In this document: piece after piece, positions 10,053 through 19,845 of the stretch | Numbering within the stretch: position 1 is the first letter of the stretch | Layout: every line of letters starts with the position of its first letter | DNA from: Cyanobacteria bacterium P01_A01_bin.123 | GTDB taxonomy: Bacteria; Cyanobacteriota; Cyanobacteriia; Phormidesmidales; Phormidesmidaceae | Length of the DNA: 64,000 bases | NCBI GenBank assembly: GCA_039815185.1 | Contig: JBCBZT010000012.1 | Coordinates: forward strand, 96,001-160,000 | Direction: 5' to 3' | The notes under the pieces: model-generated | Databases searched by the model: none | What the model was told of the DNA's origin: nothing | What the model saw: only the letters and a program-made list of their open reading frames with translations | Program-made: the position numbers and the translations under genes

Positions 10053-11051
10053 TCAAGCATTCTTTTGGGCGGTTTGTTCGATATCTCGACGCTGGCGGAT
10101 TTGGGCCATGAAAAATTCCTCAAGAGACGGGCGGGCCAGTTGTACTGTGGCGATTTTGCCCCCCATTAAGCGCACACTGGAGAGAAAATCGTAGGGTTCG
10201 CCTTGGAGATAACCCTGCCAATAGCCGCCGCTAAATTCCAGATTACTCATCCATTTTTTCAACACATCCAGACTGCCACCGCGACCCCTGACATAGTATC
10301 GATTAGGATTGCCCAGTAGCTCTGTCATGGTCCCCGAAGCGATCAGTTCCCCTTGATCGAGTAACGCCACGCGATCGCAGATCACTTCCACATCTGACAA
10401 AATATGGCTGTTAAAGAAAATGGTTTTGCCCTGGCCTTTGAGCGACAAGATGATTTCGCGTACCTGGTAGCGACCAATCGGGTCAAGTCCAGACATCGGT
10501 TCGTCTAAAAATACCACCTCTGGGTTGTTAATCAACGCTTGGGCCATGCCGACCCGTTGCAGCATGCCCTTGGAATATTGCCGCATCTGCTTTTTGCGGG
10601 CAGCGTTGCGGGATAAGCCCACGAGATCGAGCAGCTCAGGGATCCGCTGGCGCTGAACCTTACGGGGGAGCTCAAACAGTCCGGCGGTGTACTGCAAAAA
10701 TTCCCAACCTGTGAGGAAGTCGTAAAAGTAAGGGTTTTCGGGTAAATAGCCAACCCGCTGCTTAACGCTGCGATCGCCTGCGGGTTTACCCAACAAACTC
10801 GCCTGTCCCGATACCGGCCGAATAATCCCCAGCAGAATCTTTAACAGTGTCGTTTTGCCTGCACCATTAGGGCCGAGCAAGCCAAAGGTTTCGCCTTGAT
10901 ATATCGACAACGAACACCCTTTAAGTGAAGACACCTTTTGAGTCAGCCAAAATCCGGTGCGGTAGGCTTTGCTCAGCTCCTGGGTTTGAACTACCAATGG
11001 GCGCTCAGCAATAGCTTCAGTCTCTTCAGGTAAAGTAGATTCCACGCTCAT
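10053..11051 (-). CDS. ABC transporter ATP-binding protein
   Basis: Walker A GPNGAGKT, signature YSKGMLQR, Walker B VFLDEP, H-loop. Confidence 0.93.
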   Translation of the reverse strand: MSVESTLPEETEAIAERPLVVQTQELSKAYRTGFWLTQKVSSLKGCSLSIYQGETFGLLGPNGAGKTTLLKILLGIIRPVSGQASLLGKPAGDRSVKQRVGYLPENPYFYDFLTGWEFLQYTAGLFELPRKVQRQRIPELLDLVGLSRNAARKKQMRQYSKGMLQRVGMAQALINNPEVVFLDEPMSGLDPIGRYQVREIILSLKGQGKTIFFNSHILSDVEVICDRVALLDQGELIASGTMTELLGNPNRYYVRGRGGSLDVLKKWMSNLEFSGGYWQGYLQGEPYDFLSSVRLMGGKIATVQLARPSLEEFFMAQIRQRRDIEQTAQKNA

Positions 11052-11144
11052 AATTTATGAAGTTTTGTATGACTTGGCGTATGGTGGATAACAGACCTAA
11101 GATACCCCGGCCTTTTGACCTAAAGCGATCAATCGATTAATCCT

Positions 11145-11339
11145 ATGGAGCGTTCTAAAATCGTTGCAATTATAACGGGTACTTTTACAGTCCTACTGGC
11201 GATCGCGTACCTCTGCCTCGTTCAAATTTTAGATTTTCGCGGCGAAATGGTGCCTGCCCCATTGGATTTGGGTCAGCTTAGCCAGTTCCTGACGAATCCA
11301 CTCTACAGCTTACCCACTAGTCCACTGCAGATTTTGTGA
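11145..11339 (+). CDS. small single-TM conserved cyanobacterial protein
   Basis: MERSKIVAIITG...LVQILDFRGEMVPAP. Confidence 0.7.
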   Translation: MERSKIVAIITGTFTVLLAIAYLCLVQILDFRGEMVPAPLDLGQLSQFLTNPLYSLPTSPLQIL

Positions 11340-11383
11340 GCTGCTGCTTTCCAGAGCAATGAAACCTAATTGCGATTAATCGA

Positions 11384-12718
11384 CTACTGGGCCAACACCT
11401 GATCGCGTTTTTGAAGCGCAAACTGACGGATTTCTTGAGCTTCTGCGTAGGCGGTAGTGTTGGGTTTTACCCTGTCGAGTTCATTGATGATGCTCTGCAC
11501 TTCTTGGGCAATTTCGGTCGCAGTCATTGACTCAATGCCAAGCAGACGTTCAGTTTTTTGCTTAGCAGTCTGGAGGGCTGTGATGGAGGCTTGCTCACTA
11601 ATCGCATTTTCTTGGGTAATACCTAGGTTATTTTGGTATTCGGCAATCTTTTGTTGGGCTTGGATATAACCTGGATCTTCGACTGGGATTTGTTCTAATC
11701 GTTGGATTGCCTGTTGCCATAGTCCCGCAATGCGGTTCCAGGTTTCGGCTGAGTGGGGAGGATTTTGAGATTGAGTCGCGGCTTGAGTTGCAAACGATAG
11801 CGCGGCATCCATGAGTGTGTTGGCACGCGTTCCCCCAGCAGCTACCCCAGCAACCTCTTGATAATCGCGTTCATAGGCTTGAAGCTTGGTTTGGGCGCTT
11901 TTGCCGGCGTAGGTCTCTGGGGCAATTTCTGCCAGCTTATCCATGCCGGCTTGCCAGTTCGCTAGGGCAGTGTCTTCGGCTTGTAGGGTTGTAGATGTGG
12001 CGTGAGCTTGTTTGGCAGCTTCTACTGCGGCGACGCCTTCCGCTAGTAGGGTCTGGGCGTTAGTTTCTTGAAAGACTTGGGCTTCCATACGGCCTACGGA
12101 TTTGCGGGCCACTTCAAATTCGTCGTAGGTAAAGCGCCAGGTGCAGCTAAATAAGGTGCAGTAGGTTTGGGGATAGTAGCCTAGGAACCAGACGGGTAGC
12201 CGATCGAGATGTTTTTGGGCGGATTCTACTTTTTCTGCCCCCAGTTCGATGTCTTGGGGGCTGGTAGCCTGGTTGATCAGCTGGTCGGCTTGTTCAACGA
12301 GGGAAACTGTCTGGCGATAGCTATTATCCATGCGTATAAAGCTGGGCAGCAAAATAATTGGCGCAACCCTTGATACGGGCCAGCGGATCATGGGGTAGGG
12401 CAAGTTCAATACCCAGACACCGCCCATCAATGCTGCCAGACCTATTACTGTGGTGCCTGCCCAGCCGAGTTTACGGGTTTGACTAGCCCGTTGATTTGCC
12501 TTGGCAGCTTGTTTAATGGCTTGGGGATTGAACTCTGGAAAAATGTCGATAACAGCCTCGCAGATTTCAGCTTCGCTGAGGGGTGGCCCTTCTTGCAATC
12601 GAAATTTTTCGAGGCGGCGCAACACAATGCTGCGGCGGGTTTGTTCGAGGGGAGATGAGGCGAGACGTTTAATCTCATTTGAGAGGATTTCAAAGGCGCG
12701 ATCGCTGAGACGAGCCAT
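11384..12718 (-). CDS. hypothetical protein (one TM plus helical repeats)
   Basis: Long ORF with probable start MARLSD at 12718; LNLPYPMIRWPVSRVAPIILLPS followed by TPR-like helical repeats. Confidence 0.8.
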   Translation of the reverse strand: MARLSDRAFEILSNEIKRLASSPLEQTRRSIVLRRLEKFRLQEGPPLSEAEICEAVIDIFPEFNPQAIKQAAKANQRASQTRKLGWAGTTVIGLAALMGGVWVLNLPYPMIRWPVSRVAPIILLPSFIRMDNSYRQTVSLVEQADQLINQATSPQDIELGAEKVESAQKHLDRLPVWFLGYYPQTYCTLFSCTWRFTYDEFEVARKSVGRMEAQVFQETNAQTLLAEGVAAVEAAKQAHATSTTLQAEDTALANWQAGMDKLAEIAPETYAGKSAQTKLQAYERDYQEVAGVAAGGTRANTLMDAALSFATQAATQSQNPPHSAETWNRIAGLWQQAIQRLEQIPVEDPGYIQAQQKIAEYQNNLGITQENAISEQASITALQTAKQKTERLLGIESMTATEIAQEVQSIINELDRVKPNTTAYAEAQEIRQFALQKRDQVLAQ

Positions 12719-12894
12719 AGTTGGGTTAGAGAATGCTCCAATGTTTGTAAAGAACAGGGGCACACCTGTCTTCTGGGTTGAGTATGCCCAAGGGGATCTT
12801 CAAAGTCCCACAGGCAATTTCCTAAAGCGACCCATTTTCTAAACTAAATCGCGCACTGCCATAATGGCAAACAGTGTCCTAAAAACAGTGGCAA

Positions 12895-14601
12895 ATGATG
12901 ACTCAGGCGGCGCTACGACAAACCCTGAAGCAGCTCGACGGCCAAAGCTACAAAGCTTACAAGTCAATCAAAGGCAAGTATGACTTTGACGAGTTCACCC
13001 TACAGATTGACTATGTACAGGGCGATCCCTTTGCGGCACCCAGCCAAGCACGCGTATTTGTACCCCAGTCAATCGCGCAGTTTCCCACTGAACTATTCAA
13101 AACACCCAGCCGCACTGTCGCCCTAGAAGATTACCTAACGCGCCAATTTGACCAAACAGCTAACCAATTCAAACAACATCGCGGGTCGGGCAAGAGTGGG
13201 TTGATTGCGATTACCCGACCCGGGCAGGCAATTTTGCCCCGCACCACAGCCTTTGTGGATGAAGACCGGATTGAGCTGCGATTCGTGGTGGGGTTGCCCG
13301 CGTTTGGCCGCCGGATTGCAGGCTATCAGGCGGTGGATTTGCTGTGTGACGATGTGCCGGAAATGGTGATGCGATCGCTGCTTTATGCCAACCTCAACCC
13401 CAAAACCATCCGTCGCCATGTGGAAACCGCCGAAGATGCAGACTGGCTAAGAGCAGAACTCAAAGCCCACAATCTAATAGCGTTTGTCGCAGACGGGGCG
13501 GTTTTACCCCGGCGCAGCGGCGTGGATGAACGACCTTTAACCACAGAAGCACTGTCATTTCAATCTCCTGAGAGCTTGCGGGTGAGCTTTGATCGACCCA
13601 ACCATGGCGAGATCTCAGGTATGGGTATTTCTGAGGGGATTACGTTAATTGTCGGCGGTGGCTATCACGGCAAGTCAACCCTACTGCGGGCCATTGAACA
13701 AGGCATTTACAACCATATTCCGGACGACGGACGGGAATGGGTGGTGAGCGATCCGGGGGCGGTGAAGGTGCGGGCTGAAGATGGTCGCAGCGTAGCCGGG
13801 GTGAATATTTCGCCGTTTATCAACCGCTTGCCCCAAGGACGTTCAACGGCAGACTTTTCGACCCCCAATGCCAGCGGTAGCACCTCCCAAGCGGCCAATA
13901 TTATCGAGGCAATTGCAGCTGGAGCCACCACCTTATTGGTGGATGAAGACACCGCAGCAACCAACTTTATGATTCGCGATCGCAGAATGCAGGCTCTCAT
14001 TGCCAAAGATAAAGAGCCGATTACGCCGTTCATCGATAAAATCCGCCAACTCTATACCGACTGCGGCATTTCTACCCTGTTGGTGATGGGGGGCAGCGGC
14101 GACTACTTTGACGTGGCTGACACGGTGATCGCCATGGAAACGTTTGCGCCCAGTAATATAACTGAAGCCGCCCAAGCGATCGCCCAACAGTACGCCACCG
14201 ATCGCAACCCAGAAGGGGGCCAAACCTTTGGCAAGATCACGCCTCGTATCATCGATCCGCGCAGCCTTGACCCCAGCAAAGGCAAACGAGATGTCAGTCT
14301 CAAAGTAAGAGATGTCGATCAAGTCCGCTTTGGCACCGAAGATATTGATCTGTCGTCGGTAGAGCAATTGATAGAACCGGGACAACTCAAAGCGATCGCA
14401 GCGGCGATGGTCTACGCCCAGCAGCACTATCTCGACGGTCGGCAATCTTTGAGTGAAGTATTGGATGGGGTGATGGCCGATATTAAGGCGGGTGGGTTAG
14501 ATATCGTCAGCGATCGCGTGCCAGGAGATTTAGTTGGTTTTCGACGGTTTGAATTGGCGGCAGCAATCAATCGATTAAGAACCCTGCGAATTTTGACTTG
14601 A
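12895..14601 (+). CDS. ABC-ATPase domain-containing protein (predicted ATPase of the ABC class)
   Basis: QGDPFAAPS, Walker A GGGYHGKST, RAEDGR, ASGSTSQAA and LLVDEDT motifs. Confidence 0.88.
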   Translation: MMTQAALRQTLKQLDGQSYKAYKSIKGKYDFDEFTLQIDYVQGDPFAAPSQARVFVPQSIAQFPTELFKTPSRTVALEDYLTRQFDQTANQFKQHRGSGKSGLIAITRPGQAILPRTTAFVDEDRIELRFVVGLPAFGRRIAGYQAVDLLCDDVPEMVMRSLLYANLNPKTIRRHVETAEDADWLRAELKAHNLIAFVADGAVLPRRSGVDERPLTTEALSFQSPESLRVSFDRPNHGEISGMGISEGITLIVGGGYHGKSTLLRAIEQGIYNHIPDDGREWVVSDPGAVKVRAEDGRSVAGVNISPFINRLPQGRSTADFSTPNASGSTSQAANIIEAIAAGATTLLVDEDTAATNFMIRDRRMQALIAKDKEPITPFIDKIRQLYTDCGISTLLVMGGSGDYFDVADTVIAMETFAPSNITEAAQAIAQQYATDRNPEGGQTFGKITPRIIDPRSLDPSKGKRDVSLKVRDVDQVRFGTEDIDLSSVEQLIEPGQLKAIAAAMVYAQQHYLDGRQSLSEVLDGVMADIKAGGLDIVSDRVPGDLVGFRRFELAAAINRLRTLRILT

Positions 14602-14687
14602 CTAGCGTTAGCGGGGGTGTTGATCTAGCGATCGCAGATCGCCCCCTTTGGGAATTAGGGTATCCGTTTCCGGACGAGATTGGACAA

Positions 14688-14794
14688 ATATAGCGCTGGC
14701 CAGATTGCTTAATGCACCGAGTACCGCTGGGATGCTCAGTACACAAGCAATCTGGCCCGCAGTAGTGCACAAAACTTTGTGACTACCGCTATAT
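14688..14794 (+). repeat. ~105-bp structured intergenic repeat (MITE-like), copy 2
   Basis: Same core as copies 1 and 3; its ends form the inverted repeat AAATATAGCG (14686-14695) / CGCTATATTT (14787-14796). Confidence 0.85.
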
Positions 14795-14940
14795 TTCACC
14801 AAATCAATAAAAACCATTGAAACTTTACACGCCTTAATCTGATACGCTAAGAACCATAAAGTTTTATAAATGCTTAATTTGAAGTTAGCACCGACGCTAG
14901 TCGTCAATCCCTAAACCAGTGTGGGGGTGCTTGCTGAGAG

Positions 14941-15393
14941 GTGGAACAAATGGTGGGGTTATCAGTTTTGTCGTTGATTCATAGGCAAGTTAGTCAGGCG
15001 CTACATAGGATCAATGCCTGGTTTGGGTGGATAGTTAAGGTCTTTGGGATTCGGTTTTGTTTGGGGTTTGCTTTAGCCTGTTTGGTATTGCTAGCTGGCT
15101 GGCTACCGCAGATTGAGAAGTTTACAGCAGTCCCCGACGAAGGTAGTCCGATTGTCCAGTTATCCTCCGTTGTTGCTCAAGGATCGGCCTCAACATCATT
15201 CCGCTCTGCCCAATCTTCAGGTCATAACACGCTAAGTTCAGCAGCTGACCATCACGAGTTAACTTATCTGGAGTTTGATCCGGCTGTTGCTCAGCGATTA
15301 AGCCACAGCGGTTTGACCCACAGGGTTCTAACAGGGAGTCATTTGACCCGTGCCCACTTATTTACCGATGGGCAACCCGCCTCAGCGGATTAA
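14941..15393 (+). CDS. hypothetical protein
   Basis: 150-aa ORF with one hydrophobic segment; no recognisable motif. Confidence 0.4.
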   Translation: MEQMVGLSVLSLIHRQVSQALHRINAWFGWIVKVFGIRFCLGFALACLVLLAGWLPQIEKFTAVPDEGSPIVQLSSVVAQGSASTSFRSAQSSGHNTLSSAADHHELTYLEFDPAVAQRLSHSGLTHRVLTGSHLTRAHLFTDGQPASAD

Positions 15394-15509
15394 AAGACGG
15401 ATTAAGCGTGAGCTGATTCAGCCTGTTGACCTGCTAAACCAGGATTTTCCAATAACCCGAAAATTAGGGGCACAATGGAGGGAAGCTTAACCCCTTCTCC
15501 ATACGTCCT

Positions 15510-16910
15510 ATGGCTTCAGTTATTGAAACTGGGAAAAATTTGTTAACTGAATTGGTGACACGGTATCGCGATCGTGTTGATTACTTAGCCATTCGCCTAG
15601 AAGAGTCAGAAGGCACTGATATTTTTCTGCGTGGCGGCAAGGTTGAGACCCTCAGCGAAGGCATTTCCATTGGCGGCCAGGTGCGGGCTTGTTTCAAGGG
15701 AGGTTGGGGATTTTCTAGCTTCAACCAACTCACCAGTTTAGAAGAGCGCCTGCAAGATGCGATCGCCGCGGCCCATCTCATTGGCGATGATGAAACCTTG
15801 CTGGCCAACATTGAAGCTATTCAAACAACCTGTAAGTTACCCTTAACGGGCACTGATCCACGTCAGATTGCCTTAGCACGTAAAAAAGCCCTATGCGATC
15901 GCTACGCAGACATTTTGCAGAGCCTGGATGACCGCATTGCCACCACCTCTGTGCGTTATGGGGACAGCACCCAGCGTATTTTGCTGGTCACTTCAGAAGA
16001 CACCTTAATTGAGCAATCGTGGGTAGATCTGGAAATGCGCTTTGCCGCTACTGCCCGCAATGGTGAAACCGTTCAAACCGGACGGGAAACCACTGGATCG
16101 CGCAAGGCCTATGAAGATTTGGAGAATTTAGATGTTCAGGTGCTTGGCGCGGCTCAGCGAGCCGTGAAGGCGCTAGATCTACCCCCGGTCAGTGGGAACA
16201 CCTACGATGTGGTCATTGATCCAATTTTGACCGGGCTGTTTGTCCACGAAGCTTTTGGCCACCTGTCAGAAGCCGACATGGCCTACGAAAATCCTGACTT
16301 ACTTGAAGCCATGACCCTCGGGCGACAATTTGGCCCTGACACGCTACAAATTTTTGACGGTGCTGCACCATCCGGTCATCGCGGCAGCTATCTTTACGAT
16401 GACGAGGGGACGCCAGCTACCACGACTCAACTGATTAAAGATGGCAAATTGGTGGGGCGACTCCATTCCCGTGAAACAGCAGGCAAGCTCGGTGAAACCC
16501 CGACTGGCAATGCTCGCTGCCTCAATTACCACTATCCGCCTCTGGTGCGGATGACTAACACCTGGATTGAACGTGGCAATACCCCAGTCAATCGTTTGTT
16601 AGATGACATTAAGGTCGGTGTCTATGCTTGCAACTGGCTGGGCGGCATGACTAACGGCGAAATGTTTACGTTTACCGCTGGGGAAGCTTGGATGATTCGT
16701 GACGGCGCGATCGCAGAACCTGTCCGTGATGTCACGCTCTCGGGTAATGTATTTCGAACGTTGGCTGACATTGAAGCTATTGGCGACGATTTTTATTGGG
16801 ATGAATCTGGCGGTTGTGGCAAAGGCGGACAAAGTGGCTTACCCGTTGGCTGTGGCGGCCCCAGCCTCCGCATTAGCAATGTAGTTGTGGGCGGAGAATC
16901 TGCGAATTAA
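15510..16910 (+). CDS. tldD: TldD/PmbA-family metalloprotease (TldD type)
   Basis: HEAFGH metal motif, YDDEG, RMTNT and GCGKGGQSGLPVGCGGP. Confidence 0.9.
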   Translation: MASVIETGKNLLTELVTRYRDRVDYLAIRLEESEGTDIFLRGGKVETLSEGISIGGQVRACFKGGWGFSSFNQLTSLEERLQDAIAAAHLIGDDETLLANIEAIQTTCKLPLTGTDPRQIALARKKALCDRYADILQSLDDRIATTSVRYGDSTQRILLVTSEDTLIEQSWVDLEMRFAATARNGETVQTGRETTGSRKAYEDLENLDVQVLGAAQRAVKALDLPPVSGNTYDVVIDPILTGLFVHEAFGHLSEADMAYENPDLLEAMTLGRQFGPDTLQIFDGAAPSGHRGSYLYDDEGTPATTTQLIKDGKLVGRLHSRETAGKLGETPTGNARCLNYHYPPLVRMTNTWIERGNTPVNRLLDDIKVGVYACNWLGGMTNGEMFTFTAGEAWMIRDGAIAEPVRDVTLSGNVFRTLADIEAIGDDFYWDESGGCGKGGQSGLPVGCGGPSLRISNVVVGGESAN

Positions 16911-16919
16911 TCCTTACTA

Positions 16920-16960
16920 GGCATCCTCGATTCAAGGCTCTGCCTCGAATCGAGGATGCC
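16920..16960. terminator. long hairpin after tldD
   Basis: GGCATCCTCGATTC...GAATCGAGGATGCC inverted repeat starting 10 nt after the stop. Confidence 0.7.
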
Positions 16961-17099
16961 CTCCTTACAAACCCGGCGGATATTGCAGATTGTGTCTGTT
17001 GACGACAATTCTTTGCAGGATTTAAGCGCATGCCTCGTTGCCCACACCAGAGGTGATACGGTGCCCTAAACGCCCATGACCTCTCAATATTATTAACCC

Positions 17100-17270
17100 A
17101 TGTATAACAATGAGCCGAAGAAAGACTGGTTTGGCGCAGTCATAACCGCAGGGCTCGGTGCCGGAATTGTCACTTCCCTAGCAGTGGGGCTGGGTCAAGA
17201 CCCAATTATTGCTGCTGCGATTACCTTGTTTGCGATCGGCGGTGCATTGTTAATTGACCAAGTTTTATAA
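17100..17270 (+). CDS. 56-aa two-TM small protein
   Basis: Not in the ORF track; MYNNEPKKDWFGAVITAGLGAGIVTSLAVGLGQDPIIAAAITLFAIGGALLIDQVL. Confidence 0.65.
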   Translation: MYNNEPKKDWFGAVITAGLGAGIVTSLAVGLGQDPIIAAAITLFAIGGALLIDQVL

Positions 17271-17415
17271 ACCTGCATCCAGTGCGTCTTCACTAGCTGC
17301 CTTTCACCATCTAAAGACTGCGATAACACCTGATCCGTTCAACGGCTTGATCGCGGGGCTCGGGTTTCTCAAGTGACTGGGCCACAGCTATCCCCTGATC
17401 AAACGTACCCATTTT

Positions 17416-18135
17416 TTAGGCGGTTGCAGTCGGAATGTGGGTTGCCATGATCCGATCGACAGTGTCGTGATGTTGTCCTGGAACTTTAATGTTCATAACT
17501 CTAGGTAGTAGCGGCAAGCGCTTGAATCGAATAGTCAATAGATTTGGACGTAAAGGCTGCCAAGCATAAGACTGCATCCGCCGCCAGGGGATAACGGTTA
17601 GTAAGAGACAAATACCATTTTCTCGAATCTCAAGCCCATTTAGCCCCATCGAGAGAAAATAGACCGCAAACGACCAGCAGAAAAGGACTTTTATAATCAC
17701 TTCAATTGGAGTCGTTGCGCCAGGAAAGCGAATCAACTCTCCAAGCAGCATCCAAGTCATATAGGCCGCAAACCCCATCGCAAGCAAAGCCGTCCAAAAA
17801 ATTAGCTTGTTTTGCAATGTTTTACCCAACGCTAGCAGTAAGCTACCCGCAGTACGTTTACGAAACGGCCAACTCAACAACCAAATACCAACCCCAATTG
17901 CAAATAGTGAATAGTAGGCGTCCGCTAGGTTGAAGTGCTCCAAACGATCTAGGGTGCCAACAGTAAATGCGATCGCATAAAACACAAAAAACAGCGTTAG
18001 CGAGAAACCCGTATTGGTTCTTAAGGCAATCCAATCCATTCTGCCATCCGTAGACAAATAGCCCGTCCCCACTTTCACAGCGGCGATCGCGACAACAACG
18101 GCCAAGCCCACAGAAATCCAACCTATGGTAGTCAT
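17416..18135 (-). CDS. hypothetical membrane protein
   Basis: About 5 TM segments followed by a PH-like tail (LEIRENGI...IPWRRMQSYAW). Confidence 0.75.
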   Translation of the reverse strand: MTTIGWISVGLAVVVAIAAVKVGTGYLSTDGRMDWIALRTNTGFSLTLFFVFYAIAFTVGTLDRLEHFNLADAYYSLFAIGVGIWLLSWPFRKRTAGSLLLALGKTLQNKLIFWTALLAMGFAAYMTWMLLGELIRFPGATTPIEVIIKVLFCWSFAVYFLSMGLNGLEIRENGICLLLTVIPWRRMQSYAWQPLRPNLLTIRFKRLPLLPRVMNIKVPGQHHDTVDRIMATHIPTATA

Positions 18136-18480
18136 TTCGCGTCAAGAATTTTATTTGGAATTTCCAGTTATAGTGTGACTCAGACTTAAAGCTAGAAACA
18201 TCACCCAGTTGGGGGGTAGTTGCTTTCTAAGCATTTGCAAATCGTATTATTTACCATCTTTGAGCGCTAAAAATTACGGGCTATAAACACCATCGATTTT
18301 CAGACATAAACCTTCAGTTTGAAAGATGGAAAGGGGAAACTGAATTTGAATTGCCCCAGCATTCTGGCTCACAGCTCAGGTCAAAAGCATCACCCAACTG
18401 GTTATTAGTTATAACAAGTTGTAATTGGTCAGGATTTGGCAATGATCTAAGATCAGGTGAACATTCAACTGAGTTGAGGG

Positions 18481-19005
18481 CTAACCTCTAAGATCGGCTG
18501 TATCTCGCCAGCCATAAGCAACCTCAATGAATGATTGGTCGCCAACTTCAAGGGTTTGTTCGCGAACTGGTTTGCCACCCAGGGCCGCATAAAATTGACA
18601 GGCTGGATTGTCCACAAGAACCCAGGTCAACATTGAATTTATCCCCAATTGATGCAGCCTCTGGGCAACCGTTTGCGTGAGCCGATATCCTAATCTCTGT
18701 CTTTGATGCCCTTGTAAGAGATAAATGGCCATCAATTCGCCTGTATAAACGCGATCGCCTGAACGTTCCATCCCACCATTGGCAAAACCAACAACTCCAG
18801 CAGAGTCATGTTCTGCAACATAAGTGAAGTGCTTATCTTGTACCGCACGGCTGAAAAGCTGATGCCAACGCTGTGTCCTGTGCTCATAGGTCAAACGAGC
18901 TAGATACTCATCGGGCACAATGCCCCGATAAGTGGTTTGCCAACTGTCTACATGAACTCTGGCAATGGTAGGGATGTCTTGCAAAGTCGCTTCTCGAACG
19001 ATCAT
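18481..19005 (-). CDS. GNAT family N-acetyltransferase
   Basis: IARVHVDSWQTTYRG, ELMAIYLLQGHQRQRLG and WVLVDNPACQFY motifs. Confidence 0.92.
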   Translation of the reverse strand: MIVREATLQDIPTIARVHVDSWQTTYRGIVPDEYLARLTYEHRTQRWHQLFSRAVQDKHFTYVAEHDSAGVVGFANGGMERSGDRVYTGELMAIYLLQGHQRQRLGYRLTQTVAQRLHQLGINSMLTWVLVDNPACQFYAALGGKPVREQTLEVGDQSFIEVAYGWRDTADLRG

Positions 19006-19300
19006 TGGCCGTGGGATTATATTTTATTGGCTCGCCTAGATAGCTGTATGCTCAAGCCCAAAAAGCTAGCACTAAAAATCAACATGACTAATCGTGGCAG
19101 AAATTTTGACAAACTGAAATAAGTTGTCCAATCAATAGCGCTCTTTTAAATCGGGTCACCCATCTGGCTATTTCTAATTCAGAGATAGCCTAGATTTACC
19201 TCTATCTTTGCCATTAAGACAACGTCAGGTTGTTGGCTTTGCAGTGACAAAAATTTTGCTAGCCTGTGAGTTGAGCATACTTTAACGTGAGGTTAGTCCC

Positions 19301-19642
19301 ATGATGCGACTCGTCCTAACAGTGCTGTTGTCAACAGCGTCAATTACGGGTTTGGCAGGATTAGTATTTGCCAACAGTGAACCTCCCGTCGATGAAGGTT
19401 CTGCTGCTGAGGGGAATCCTGTTGTCGCGCAACTCGTTTTGCGCGATCGCATTGTGACCATCACCTCATCTCCCACGGGTTATCTATATGCCGTTGCTGA
19501 CGAGTCGGGTGCAGTCCTCAGTGCTGGGTTAACCGAAGACCAGCTGAGTGAGCAATATCCTGGGCTTTTGGATACGCTCCGACCTGCCGTCGCTGACGAA
19601 AACTCAGAGCTAATGATGCTGGCTCCCGTTGAGCATTTCTAA
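19301..19642 (+). CDS. hypothetical exported protein
   Basis: Signal-peptide-like N-terminus; GAGG RBS. Confidence 0.65.
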   Translation: MMRLVLTVLLSTASITGLAGLVFANSEPPVDEGSAAEGNPVVAQLVLRDRIVTITSSPTGYLYAVADESGAVLSAGLTEDQLSEQYPGLLDTLRPAVADENSELMMLAPVEHF

Positions 19643-19768
19643 GATTGATATCATTAGGTTTTTAGAGGCTTTTTGTTCTTGCCCATTGAGTGATTGTCGA
19701 AGCGCTTTGCTATCAAGTGATAGATCGCCTCGAAGTCCCAGGCTATTCACGTTGTACCATGGGTGCAA

Positions 19769-19817
19769 GTGTCAGAACTAATGAGAATTAACCAGATGGG
19801 CACTCAGTTCTGACACT
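19769..19817. terminator. inverted repeat between convergent genes
   Basis: GTGTCAGAACT...AGTTCTGACAC arms. Confidence 0.4.
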
Positions 19818-19845
19818 GATGAAGAGAACCGACATCTCCAGCAGA

